Below the pieces are notes generated by a model. That model searched no databases. It was given only the letters and a program-made list of their open reading frames with translations, and was not told where the DNA came from. This document shows positions 1-15,000 of a DNA stretch of 64,000 nt, piece after piece (the stretch's first letter is position 1; every line of letters starts with the position of its first letter). The DNA is from an uncultured Clostridia bacterium (GTDB taxonomy: Bacteria > Bacillota > Clostridia > Christensenellales > UBA1242), in contig CALWQM010000005.1 in the NCBI GenBank assembly GCA_944383685.1, positions 15,171-79,170 of the forward strand, given 5' to 3'. The position numbers were made by a program, and so were the translations under genes.

Positions 1-1
1 T

Positions 2-3000
2 AATGGTACTTCAACATATATTTCTCCAAGCACACAAATTTCTGGTGCTTTCGGTAATAATATTAAATTGAAGGCAATTTGGGAAATTGTTCCTTACACA
101 ATCACATATGTTTTAAATGGTGGAACAACTGCGGAAGAAACAACAGTTTCCTATGATTTCAATACTTCTCTCAATATTTTATCTAGCACACAAGTGACAA
201 AAACTGGTTATACATTGAATAGTTGGACAGTTACTCCAACTTCTCCTGATACTTCAATTGGTAACTGGGCTGCAACAGTAACACAAGGTGCGCCATTAAC
301 AAAAATGTATGGTAATGTTACTTTGACAGCAAACTGGGAAACAAATCCTTACACAATCACATATAACACAGATGGCGGTGTGGATGCAGATGGAACAAGC
401 CAAGGCTTTGATATTGAAGATACTTTCACATTGCACACAAACATCACAAAATCTGGTTATGAACTTTTAGGTTTCACAATTTCTAATGACCAAGGTAACT
501 GGGAAGAAAAATTCCCACTTAGTGGCAACCTTAATATCAACATTGAGAATGATCAACACATTGATTTAACTGGAATGTATGGTAATGTTACTTTGAAAGC
601 TGTTTGGGAAGCAATTGCTGTTTCTTATGATATTGTTATTCAAGTTAGAACAGCAAGTGGTGAAGATCAAATTTTAACAACTTTAACTGGTGTAACAACT
701 GGGGAAGTAACTGGTGCAACTTTAAATATCGACACTGTGAAAGCTTATGCAGAAGCTCAAAGTGGCGTTAATGTTGCTGGTTTTAGTTATGACACTTACA
801 CAACAAACAAAGAGGGAAATTCTCTTGTGCTTGTTGGAGACGGTTCTCTTGACATTAATCTTTTCTATAATCCTGTAACATACACAATTAACTATGTTGC
901 AAGCGAAGGCGCATTTGGTAGCGGGGTTACAACAAGCGTTTCTTATAACGTTTATGGACTTTTAAATCCTGCTGGCGGTGAAATTTCAATCTTAACTGAA
1001 AATGATGCAACAAGAAATGGTTACAGACTTCAAGGATTCACTATCAGTGGAGCTGGGGCAACAAATGGAAGTTGGAATAAATTCCTTAAAAATGGAATTA
1101 TTGAACAAGGCTCATCATTCAGTTTAGATTTAGATAACAGAACTTATGGAAATGTTACTCTTACAACATCATGGCAATTACTTGCATATTCTATGACATT
1201 TAATGCCAATGGTGGAGAAGATGTAGCAAGTGTTTATTATAACATTGAAGGCACAACAAGTGGTTCTTACAGAAAGGTTGGAAACAGCTATGTTGAACAA
1301 ACAACAGTTGCTGTAATTTCTGGAACAACACGCACAGGTTACACACTTGATGGCTGGACAGTTGCTGCAAACAGTGGAAATTGGTCAACAAGTGATGCTG
1401 TTTATAAAGCAAATAGTTCAGTTGCTGGAAAATACGGCGATGTTACCTTAAATGCAAAATGGCTTAACAATGTTTATAAACTTAATGTAAATCTTAACGA
1501 TGCTGATGAATCTAACGGTTCAACAAAAGTTACAGACGACACAATGCTTGGTTATGAAACAAATGGTGTTTATGTTAAGTATGGAACAAAAGAGTTCTAT
1601 GCTGGAAGAACAGGTACAACAACTGCAACAAGCCCTATTTCAAACTTTGCTCCAACACGTGGTGGCTACACCTTCAAAGGTTGGGCATTGTCAACTGACA
1701 CAGGCACACTTATCACAGACAACAAAGGTGTTCTAATTAATAATTGGAATTTGTCTAGTGATGATGATGCAACTTTGGTTGCTCAATGGCAAGCAAACAC
1801 TTATACTGTTGTGTTTAACGGAAACGGCTCAACAAGTGGCAGTGTTGCAAATCAACCTTTCACTTTTGACGTGGCACAAAAATTAAATAAAAATAACTAT
1901 GTTCGTAATGGTTATATCTTCAAAGGTTGGGCATTAAGCAGAGAAGCAACTGTTGAAAATTATGAAGATGAACAAGAAGTAAGCAACTTAACAGAAGAAG
2001 CAAACGGCACAGTTAACCTTTATGCTGTTTGGGAAGCAAGAACAGTTGTTGTTACATTCAACCTTAATGATGCAAGTGCTGGTAATGGTTCAACAACTGC
2101 AACTCTTACATCTGGCGCAACAACAATGAATGTTAAATATTCTCTTACTTTTGCAAGTCTTTATGTTACCGACCCTAACTCTCCAACAGGACTTCCTGAG
2201 GCTCAAAGACATGGTTACACCTTTGATGGTTGGTATATTGGAGACACAAAGATTGAAAACAGTCATTTGGTTGCAACTTATGATGACGGCTTAACTTTAA
2301 GTTTAACTTTAACTGCTCACTGGACTGCAAAGAAATATAATGTTGTTTACCATGGAAATGATGGAACAGTTGGCGAAAATGAATATGTAAATGGTGTTCA
2401 AGCAACTTTCGACCAAAATTATTTGATTTTACCTAACAGCAACGAAGCACTTGGCTTTATAAGAACTGGTTACACATTTGCTGGTTGGGGCTTTGCAAGA
2501 GGTGGCGACATTGAATATGCAACTGGTGAACTTGGCTCAGATGGACTTTCAGTTCGATTCAATTTTAGTGCAAGCCAACTTTCAAATGACACATTAACTT
2601 TATATGCTCATTGGAGTGAAAACACTTACACAATTAAGTTTGACGGCAATGACGGAGAATACTTTGGAACAGCAACTTTAATTCCTGGAAAGAGTGACAC
2701 TTTAAGCGGTATTAGATTTACACAAGAAGTTACTTTTGAACAAATCTTCAATAGAGCAGGCTTCACATTCCTTGGTTGGGCGGAAGAGCCAACAGGAGAA
2801 GTTAAGTATAAAGTTGGTGCAACTGCTTCTGGAATTTTAACAGAACCAGGAACAAAAACTTTCTATGCAATTTGGAAGGCTAATCCTGTTAAATACACAA
2901 TTAACTATTACTATCAAAAAGTTTCAAGTGCAAGCCTTGGACAAAGTGATAACTATGCAAGCGATTATGCTCTCTTTGGCCAAGCAGAAACCTATCAAGG

Positions 3001-6000
3001 TGACACTGGAACTAACGTAAACTATACAACTTATAGAGATAATTTCATCTCAACAAATGGAATTTTAAAACCTGCATTTAAAGGTTACACAACAAATGGA
3101 CAAGATAACAGTTTGGCAATTTTGGGTGACGGAACATTACAAGTTAACCTATACTTTACACGTGGCACTTATGATGTTTCAGTAACTCTTGGCACGGGCA
3201 TTCAAAGTGTAACTGTTACAAATGCTGACAGAGGACCAATCACTGGCTCACAACAAGGTATGAAATTCACTTATGCAATCTTCTATCAAGAAGTGATTTC
3301 AATAACTGCACAAACCAAGGCTGGTTATGGCAACCCTGTGTTTAAAGAAGGCGACTCAAATGTCACAACTTCATCTTTAACAATTGAAGGAAACAGAGAT
3401 TTCACAGTTTCAGCAACAGCAGGAATTGCAACCTTCAAAGTTGAAATCTATTATGAAACATTGACAGATGATGTTTATAATTCCTCTGCCGATGAAACAA
3501 AATCAAACAGCGGAACAACTGATTCACCTCTTGTTGTTAATGCAACTGGTAAAAACATCAGCATTAACGGCCAACAATATACAAAAGCTGGATTCAGCTA
3601 TGACAACACCAAGACCGTTGCAGAAAACGGAAATAAAGAACTTAACACAATCACAGTTTTAGGTGATAACAGTTTGGTTGTTAAACTTTACTTTTCAAGA
3701 GATTCTTACACATTAACCTTAAATAATGGAACTGGAATTTCTTCTGTATCTGGTGGCGGAAGCTATAAATTTGAACAAGATGTAAGCATCAGCGCTGTTG
3801 TTGCAGTAGGTTACGAATGGAATACTTGGGAACAAACTTCTGGCACAGCACTCACAGGTTTTGCTGCTGGAACAAAAGACCAAGCAAATCTTAAAATGGG
3901 TGCAGGAAATGCGACCTTAACTGCAACTGCAACAATTTTGCAATTTAGATTGACAATTGACCTTGCAGGTGGAACTTACACAGGCTCAGTTACAGGCACA
4001 GATGAACAAAACAGACCTTATGTTAAACAAGATTACAACACAACTTATGTTCTTGTTAACCCAACAAAGACAGGCTATGTGTTCACAGGTTGGAGTGATC
4101 CAACAGCAGGTAGCCTTGCCGAAGATGGATACACTTACACATTTGCTGCAACTGATGCAACAATAACTGCAACTTGGAGACCTATCACTTACCAAGTTAA
4201 GTTCGATGGAAACAACGCAACAAGCGGACAAATGGATAATCAATCATTCACATATAATGATCCACAACCTTTAACTTTAAATAAGTTTACAAGAACTGGT
4301 TACACATTTAAAGGTTGGTCAACAACTTCAACTGGAACTGTTAATTTTGCAGATGGTGCAACACCTGGAAACTTAACTGCAAAAGATAATGATGTTGTTA
4401 CTCTCTATGCTGTTTGGGAAGAAAACACTTACACAATCAACTTCAATGGCAATGATGGTGAATACTTTGGAAAAGCAAGCCTTATTGACGGGGAAAGCGC
4501 CTCTGTAACTTTGAAATATACACAATCTTACTCATTAAAGAGTGTTTATGAAAGAACAGGTTACACATTTAGTCACTGGACAACAGAGGCTGACGGAACA
4601 GGAACAAGATATAATGAAAATCAAAGTATCAATTCACTTCTTGAAACAGGATCAATGACTCTTTATGCTCAATGGACTGCAAATAGATATGCAATTAATT
4701 TAAATGAAAACGAAGGCTCTCTTGTTGGAAGTGACATTGAAAACTTAACAGTTTATGCAGAATTTAACACTCAAAAACTTTATACAAGCAAAACTGGTTC
4801 TGTTGAAGCAAAACCAGTTGCTGAAAGAGAAGGTTATGAATTTGGCGGTTGGTCAACAACACAAAATCAAGCATCAAGCCGTTTGATTGATGCAAGCGGT
4901 GTGCTTACAGCAATTTATCACACAGCAAGCGACCAAACAGTTTACGCTTTATGGACAGCAAATACTTATGAAATTACTCTTAACTTGAATGTTCCAGAAA
5001 GTGAAACAACAGCTCAAATTGTTGATAACAGCGACCCTGCAAACACAATTACTGATGGAAAAGTTTACATCACATTTGACTCCACAACCATTATGAATGC
5101 AGAAACAAGTGGTGTGGCTGTTAAACCTATTGCAACAAGAACAGGTTACACATTCCTTGGTTGGGCAACAAGTGCAGGAGTTACAACAGCTGCTGGCTGT
5201 GTAATTGACAATCAAGGTAATTTGAAGAGTGCTTCTAAATTTAGCTCTGACACAGAATTGTTTGCTATTTGGACAGTTCTCTCTTACAACCTTACAATCA
5301 ACACAGACAGTGCACAAATCAGTGATTTAACTGTTACTGGTAATGACACTGAAAATATTTCTGGCAACACTTATAGAGTTGCTTATGAATCAAAAGTAAG
5401 AATCACATTTAATAATATAGCTGGTTATTCTTTCGTTAGATTTAACAAATCAGTTGAAAGTGTTGTTATTAATAATGTTAGCGGTGGTTATGAATTGACT
5501 ATGCCATCACAAGATTTAACTTTAACCATGATTTCTTCTGCTAACTTGATTAAAGTTAACATGAACGCAAATGATGAAGTTGGTGCAACAAAAGCTGATG
5601 CATTAACAAACAATGAAGTTTACATTAGATACAACACAAAAGAAATTTATGCAAATCGTTCAGCAGAAAATCTTTACATGCCTGTTGGCGAAGCAATTAA
5701 ACCTGTTGCAAGCCGTGATGGTTACACATTCAAAGGCTGGGCAACAAGCAAGACTGCAACAGAAGCTGATGTTTTAATTGACAGTGAAGGACAACTTAAA
5801 GCAAACTTCACATCTTCAACAGTTGATGGAGCTGTTACATTGTATGCAGTTTGGACAGCAAACACAAACACAAGATTTGTTGTTGAATACTATTTCCAAA
5901 ATATTGCTGGAAATGGATATGATAAACAAGACAGCTTGACACTTGATGATTTGACTGGACAAACTGATGTTAATATCAATATTGAAACATATAAATCTTA

Positions 6001-9000
6001 TTACACAACTGAAATCAACGGCTTTACATTTGCAAGATACACAACATTAAACAGTGCAAATGGAACAGAAGTTGAAAATGGTTCACTTAATATTGATGGT
6101 GATGGTTCAAGAGTTGTAAGAATTTACTTCACAAGAAACACTTACACCTTGACAATCAATAAAGATAATGGTGAAAGCAATTTGACTGTTACTCAACGTC
6201 ACGGTTCAACTTACTCATTGCCAACAGTGACAAAGACTGGTTACAACTTTAACAGCTGGACAAAGACAAGTGGTGAAGGAACAGTAAGCGAAAACACATT
6301 CACATTTGGAATTGGCAATGCTGTGGTTAAGGCTCTTTGGGATGCAAAGATTATCACTGTTACACTTGATAAAGGTGAAGGTGACAGTGTTACAACTGAA
6401 ACTGTTTATGTTAAATATGACAGCAACATTATCTATAAAGATGCTGGATGTGAAACACCAATTGTTACACCTCCAACAGCAAGCAAACTTGCTTATGATT
6501 TCAATGGCTTCTATTATGATGGTAGTTTGGTGATTTCAAGTGTTGGTGCTCTCACCTCTCCTTGGACTTTAAGTGAAGGTCCAACAATCACCTTGACTGC
6601 TGAATTTAAGCCACATACTTACACAATCACTTATGAAGGAAATTATGGCAACCCTTCTGTCAGCGACACAGAATACACCTATGTAAGCGAAATTGTGTTT
6701 GCAACTGCAACCCGTGATGGTTACACCTTTGGTGGATGGAAAGTTAAAAATGAAGGTGATATTGGAAATTGGGTGGTTGACCAAGTTTACCAAGGCACAA
6801 TTGATGCTCCATCAAACTTGTATGGAGATATAACTTTGGTTGCTGAGTGGACTGCAACACCATACACCGCAACATTTAACACAAATGGTGGAAGCACAGT
6901 TGACCCTATTCCATATGACATTAAATCAACTTTAACAATGCCAACTGTATCAAAAGCTGGATATAAATTCACAGGTTGGACAGTTGATGAAACGGTTGGA
7001 AACTGGAACAAAGATGCAACATATCAAATTGGCGAACAAATTAATAACAAATTTGGTAATGTTTCATTTACTGCAAACTGGGCTGAAAGCACAGACACAG
7101 AATATCAAGTTCATATCTATTATCAAAACTTAGACAAAGGCTACACAACCTTTGAAACAAGTCAAAGATATGGCACAACAGGGCAGACAATCACAATTGA
7201 TTATGTAACAAATCCTAATGCTGTAACAATCACAGATTCAAATAAATCTCAAACTTACAGCCGTGATGGTTTCCATGTTGACACCACTCAATCTAACACC
7301 CAAAGTGCAACAGTTGGTGCAAACGGCGACACAGTTATCAATGTTTATTTTGCAAGAAATGAATACACATTAACCGTAAATGCTGGTAACGGAATTTCTT
7401 CTGTAACACCAAATGGTGCAAAAAGTGTTATCTTTGGACAAGAAGTTGCCATTGATGCAACAGTTCAAGACGGTTACAACTTTGTTAACTGGACTGTGAC
7501 AAGTGGAACAACTCCAACAACAAAAGATGAAGAAGAATTTATTGCAACAGCAAAATCTCAAACAATTGTTATTGGACTTGGAAATGTTACACTTCTCGCT
7601 AATGCAAGCACACAAAGCTACACAATCACCTATGTTAATGGTGAAGAACAAACACCAGCAAGCTATGATGTGACAGACCCTATTAACTTAATGCAAGTGA
7701 CAAAAACTGGTTACACCTTTGGTGGTTGGGCAGTTTCAAATAATGAAGGTAACTGGACAGAAGAAGTTATCACATCAACAACAATTCCTGCTGGTAAGTG
7801 GGGAAATGTTACCTTAACTGCAAAGTGGAATGTTAATACTGTTGAGGTTACACTCAAGGCAAATGACAGTGTTGGTTCAACAAGAATTGACAGTTTGCCA
7901 AATGGCGGAAAAGTTTATATCACTTATGATAGTAAAAACATTTATAGCACAAGGGGTGGAGATGCTTATCCTTACACAGTAAATCCTGATAACCTCATTG
8001 AAAACTTGAAAGTTACAAGAAATGGTTATGAGTTCTTAGGATGGGCTTTGACTCCTGATGCAACTGCTGATGATTGCATAATTGGAAGCGACGGACTTTT
8101 GAAAGAAGTTTGGACAACAAACGGACAAGATGGTTCAGTGCTTTATGCAATTTGGAAAGCAAACACAATTAAAGTTACTTTGAATATTGATGCTGAAACA
8201 ACCTTAACTGACACAGAAGTTTATGTTGTTTTCGATAAGAATGTCATCTATGCTGACAATACTTTATCCACGACCTATGCTCCTGTTGCAACAAAACCTG
8301 GTTACACCTTTGACGGGTTCTATCAAGACGAAACACAAGTTATCAATGCTTCTGGAAAACTTGTAAGCAACTGGACATATAGTTACACTGACACTTCACT
8401 TGATGCTAAATTCACTGCAACTTCATACACAATCACTTATGAAGGTGCAAATGGCACACCAAGTGTTAATTCTCAGCCATACACAACAGATAGTTCAGTT
8501 ACACTTGCAACTGCAACAAGAACTGGTTACACCTTTGCTGGCTGGATTGTTAAAGAAAATGTTGTTGTTGATGGAGTGACAACTTGGACAAAAGATGAAC
8601 AAATTTCATCTCCTGTTGACACAAGTGAAAGATATGGTGATGTTACTTTGGTTGCAACATGGACTGCAAACACTTACACAATTAAATATGATGCAAATGA
8701 TGATGCTTTAATTGGAACAGCAACTGGCACAACTCATGACACACCTGCAACTTATGACCAAAATGTTACACTTCAAATGAACGGATATACTTTAACTGGT
8801 TACAAGTTTAAAGAATGGAACACACAAGCAGATGGAAATGGAACATCTTACACACAAGGTCAAGCATTAACAAAACCTAACTTCTGCACAGGTGCAAGTG
8901 GAAACACTGAATTTACACTCTATGCAATTTGGGAAATTCAATCATATGAATTGACACTTGAAAAAGCAACAGGAATCGCTTCTGTTTCTGCAAAAGAAGT

Positions 9001-12000
9001 TGCTGGACAAGTGACAAAAGTTGAAGGAAGTGAAAATAAATATACAGTTGTTTATGGAACTGCTGTAACATTAAATTACACACTTGAAAGTGGATATAAT
9101 TTTGACAAGTGGACAGTTACAACTGGCACTGCAACTATTAGTGATAATGTTTTAACAATGCCTGCTAACAATATCACTGTTACTGCTTATGCAAGAGCTA
9201 TTGGTTACTACATCAACTATAATGGTAATGGTGGTCGAATCAATGGAGACACATCATATTCTGTAGCTGTTGATTATGCCCAAACAGTAAATATCTATGG
9301 TGCTGGCGAAGAAGCAAACACAATTTCAAGAACAGGTTACACATTTGCTGGTTGGAATACTCAAGAAAATGGAAGTGGAACCCCTTATACAGCTGGACAA
9401 TCATACACACATGAAATAGTTGGAGATTTGACATTGTTTGCACAATGGACAGCACTTAAATATGATGTTATCTATAATGCTGACAATGGTTTAGACGACA
9501 GTTACACACAAGTTGATGGTGCAACTTATGATGCAAATTACACATTCCTTGCAAACACAGACACAAATCTTCAATTCAAGAAAACTGGTTATACCTTCCA
9601 AGGTTGGTCAACAACACAAGGTGCACCAGAAGTTGAATACAATGCTGGAGATTCAATTGTTTATACAACAGATGAAGATTTGACATTGTATGCTGTTTGG
9701 AAGGCTAACAACTATTCAATTGAATACAATGCAAATGACACAAGTGGTTATTACTATGGCTCTGCCGCAGGTTCAACTCCATACACTTCTGCAACTTATG
9801 GCCAAGATGTTGAAATCCGTGCATGTGGCTACACTTTAAGTGGTTACACATTTAAAGGATGGAACACACAAGCAGATGGAAATGGAACTTCTTATACACC
9901 AGGGCAAGAAGGAGTTAGAAACCTTAAAACAGAAGAAGGGGAGGTTCTCACTCTCTATGCAATCTGGAATGCAAACCCATACACAATCACTGTGAAAGAT
10001 ACAGACACAGGTTCTGCAAATGAAAATAAGATTATAGATGTTCATTATGCTGACATTTTAACAGCGGAAAACTTTATTGACAATGCAAGCACTTACACAA
10101 AGACAGGTTACACACTTTCTGGCTTCTTTGTTGAAGGCACAGAAGTTATGTTTGCTGCGGCAGATGGAACACTTGTTGAAAATGTTAAAACAACAACTGA
10201 CATTATTAAAAATAGACAATATGTTTATGCTAATAACCTTGTTGTTGAAGCAAAATATAATGCAAACCCATATACAGTTAACTTCAATGTTAACGATAGA
10301 CCTGATGATCCTAATGACCATCCAACAGTTGAAACTCCAAGCAAGACTGTTCATCAAGATGGAACATTTGACGAAGGTAACTTGTGGCCAACACCAGTGA
10401 ACGAAGGTTATATCTTCTATGGCTGGTCAACAAGAAATGATTACTATATGTATCTTGAAGAAGCATTTAGAACAAATTATTCTAAGTTTGCTGATGCTCT
10501 TAATGACACATATCTCTTTACAACTACAATTGAAAGTGAAAATGAAGAGACACAAGAAAAAGAAAATGTTAAAGTTGTATTTATGAAAACTAATGCTCCA
10601 AGTGTGGATGAAGCAACTTCAATTGACGAAATTTTGTGGAAAGTTACAGATATTAAAGGTGCGAGTGGCGAAGATGACCATGATTTCATTTTAGGTGATG
10701 AAGTTGTTGATGGAACAACATGGACAGATAATACTCTTAACCTTTATGCAATGTGGGTAGGTAAAAACGATATTAAATATACAATTCTTTATCTTAAAGA
10801 AGAATTGGTATATAATCAAGATGCAACAGAATTTACAGATATAGATCAATATCCTGATGAAGAAAATATGTTAGCTGTTGGTGACAGTGTTAACTATCAA
10901 GATCCTCATGCTACAGAAGAAAATAAAGATGTGCCTAAGTTAACATATAAGGTAGAAAAAATTGATAAACCTGCAAATGCTATGACTGGTGATAATGTCT
11001 ATAACTATATTGCTTCTCAAAATTATAGAGGTTTTAAATATTATGCTTATGAATATTATCAAGAAACTATAACTGGTGAAGGAAATACTGTAATTTATGT
11101 ATTCTACACAAGAATAGCTTATGACCTTAACTTGTCAACATCAAAGGGTATTGCAAGTGTTGGTGCAACCATAACAGGAAGCGAAACAGGTGCTGTTACG
11201 GAAGTTACTCCTGGAAAAGCTTATAAAGTTAAATATGGCGCAACTGTTACATTGAGTTATGTTAAAAGTGCAGGTTACACATTCAGCACATGGACACAAA
11301 ATAAAAGTGATGTTGAAAAGGTTTCTGTAAGTGGAAATTCATTCGTTATGAATGCAGTTAACCCTGTTAACTTAACCGCTTATGCAACACCAAATGTTGA
11401 TACTCAATTTATTGTTGAACATCATTTTGAACAACTTGATGGAACACATAAGCAAAACACAGGCTTAAAGCCAAATGATGTTGAAAAAGGAACAACTGAC
11501 ACATCAATCACAGTTACAGGTTTTGTTGACAACAGTATTACTGGCTTTACTTATGAATCAAGATATGAAACTGGTAAATATGTTGACGGAAGATGGACAA
11601 AGGATGAAGACTCTTCACTCAATATTGATGGCGACGGTTCAAAAGTTGTTAGATTGTTCTATTCAAGAAATGATTATGCTTTCACATTTAACAGTAATCA
11701 AGCAAATGGTTACAGTGATTTAAGTGTTACTGTTGGAAGTGTAGACCAAGGTGATACTCTTGCAAATATCACTGTTCCTTATGAACAACAAGTAACAATT
11801 TCAGTTACTGTTAAAAATGGTTATACTTTTGAAGGATTTATTTCTTCAAACCCTGAACTTATTGCAAATGTAGATAAAGGCAACGAAGGAATTGTCAAAA
11901 GCGGTTCTACATACTCTTACACATTCACAATGCCTGCTGACAACTTCACATTTACTGCAAACATTTCAAGAAATACAAACACCGCATTTACAATTAAATA

Positions 12001-15000
12001 CATGTTTGAAAAATTAGACATTCAAGATTTAACTGGACACAACAAATATGAAGAATTGGGTGCACACCCAAGCACAACTGGACATGGAACAACAGAAGAT
12101 GTTATCACTCTTGCTCATCTTGGAACACTTCCAACCGAAACAGGATTTACATATGTAAACTTTGGTTACTTAGAGGCTGATGGCTCATTCAGTCCTGTTT
12201 ACATCAGTGGCGAAGGTGACAGCACGGTTTATGTTTACTTTAATCGTAAGACTTACACAGGAACTGTAAATTATCTCTATGGTGCTGGCAGTATCCATGA
12301 AAATGATCAAATCAAGGCTTCAACTGTGATTGAAGGAATGAGATTTGGTGAAAGACAACCTGTTTCTGTTGACCCAATCACAGGATACACTGCAAGTGAC
12401 AATTCAGTTACTGTTGCAATCACAGAAGATAAAGATTTCACATACAACGTTACATTCACACCAAACACTTACGATATCACATGGGATTTTGCTGGTGGAC
12501 AAGGAAGTGCTGGTGCAGGAAATTACACAATTGAAACTGCAATCACATTACCAACATTAACAAAAGCAGGTTATGTTTTTGGTGGTTACACTGTTGGCCT
12601 TGTTGGTGATGGTGAACATAGTTTTGTTGGAAATGAAACATTTAAAGATACTATTGCAGCAGGAAATTATGGCGACATTAAACTTACTGCAATTTGGGGT
12701 GAAATTGAAAATAATGTTAAATTTAAGCTCACTAACTTAACATACACTGGTGAGGACGCTGTTCTTAGTGGTAATGAATACACTGCAACTCTTTCTGCAA
12801 ACAAGGGATATAGTTTACCTGAAACAATTAAGGTTACTATTGGCGGAACAGAACAAACTGTTACTTATGACAAAGAAAGTGGAAAGATAACAATACCTGG
12901 CAACCTTGTTGTTGGAGATATTGTGATTACCGCTGACGGTGTTGCAAATAGATATAAAGTTACACTTAACATCAATGATGCAAACTTCTTAAACGGTTCA
13001 ACAAATGCTGTTACAACCGTTGAAAATGCAAGCATCAACAATGGTATTATTGAGCTTTGGGCTGTTTATAATGGAGATTACAACACTCTTTACACAACAA
13101 AAGATGGCAGTGTATCTATTGACCTTGACGCATTCACAAGCGAAACGTTGACAAGAACAGGTTATGATTTCACTGGTGAATGGCTTACTGCAAGATATAC
13201 CGCAGACAATAAAGCAAGCGATGCTGTTCAAGTTACTGGTGACACTAAGTTTGCTCTTGACGAAGATACAACAGTGCTTTATGCTTACTGGACAACAAAG
13301 ATTATCACTCTCACATTAACTGAAAACGAAGGCGAAACCGCAACCCATGATAAGGTTTACGTTCGTTATGATGGAAATGGAATTTATAGCGATGAAGATG
13401 CAACAAATCTTTGCAACCCAACAGCAACAAAGACTGGCTACACCTTCAATGGTTTCTATAATGCTGATACATTGATTATCACAAGCACAGGAACATTGAA
13501 TGCTGCTCCTTGGAGAAATGGTGATGCTGACATGACCTTGACAGCTGACTTCGACGCAACACCATACACTATCACATTTGTGGCAGATGGTGGAGCTGAT
13601 GTTGAAGCAATGCCATACACAATTGAAAGCTTGGAAAGATTACCTTCAACCACAAAGAATGGTTATGATTTCTTAGGCTGGAAACCAACACAAAATGTTG
13701 GACCAATAAGTGACGGCTATGCTTGGCTTGCAAGCGAAACTTATGCAGCTGGCACTGCCCTTACTGGTAAATATGGCGATGTTACTTTGGTTGCTCAATG
13801 GAATCCAGTTGAATACACAATCACATATAATGCTGGTCAAGTCGATGAACAAAATGTTGGTTCATTCACAGAAGATTACTTAGATAAGACAACTCAAAAA
13901 TATACAATTGAAAGCACAGAAACAGTTTATCCTGCAAGTGCTGTTGAATTACAAGGTTATAGATTCACAGGCTGGAAAGTTACAAGCGAATCACAAGGCA
14001 GTTGGACAAAAGATGCAATAATCACAGCTGATTATGCACTTCTTAACAAGACTGGCAATGTGACCTTGACAGCTCAATGGGAAGCTCAACCAAACACAGT
14101 TACAATCAATGTGACAAATGCAACAGCAGATTATGAACAAACTGTTTTGAGTGGCGAAGAATATACAGCAACAATCACTGTAAATGCTGGATATACTTTA
14201 CCTACGGCTATCACAGTTAAGGTAAATGGAACAGAAATTACACTCACAGAAGATTACACTTATGAACAAGCAACAGGAACAATCACAATTAAAGAGGGTG
14301 TTATCAACGGAAATGTTGAAATTACTGGCGCAAGTGTTGCAAACAAATATGATGTTACAATCACAGGACAAAATGGTCACGCACAAGTGAGTGCAACTAA
14401 CGAAAATGATTACGATTATACAGTAAAATATAATGCAACAACTGGTGTTAACTTCACAGTTTACGCGAAAGCAGATGCTGGTTACAGTGATGTTGAATTT
14501 ACAGTGACAGCAGGAAGCGCAACAATTGGTGAAGTAACATTTAAAGATGGTGTTTATAGCGCAGAAGTATCTGGCTTTACAGCATCATTCACAATCACAG
14601 CAACAACAACTGCAAACACAAATAACGTTATTTACACATTAAATAATGTTCAAAGAGATAGCGGTGCAGACAAAGTTGCAAGTGGTGAAGAATATAAAGG
14701 AAAGATTAGTGCAGTTAATGGTTACAGTATTCCGTCCGCAATCACAATCAAGAACGGAACTGAAACATTAGAAGCAAACACACATTACACATATAGTGCA
14801 GAGACTGGTGAGTTTACAATCAATGCTGGTGTTATCACATCAACGGTTGAAATCATTGCAACAGGTGTGGCAAACAACTATCAAGTTACCTTCAACTTGA
14901 ATGACTTTGCTTCAACACAAAATGGTTCAACAAGTGTTGAAAGCGTGGTAGTTGGTGAGCAAAATATTGCAATCTCAAACGGAAGAATTTCTCTTTGGGT

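Noticed and set aside
68-70. TTG as start codon of the giant ORF
   Set aside because: The frame is open upstream to base 2, encodes repeat-like sequence, and has no RBS or signal peptide
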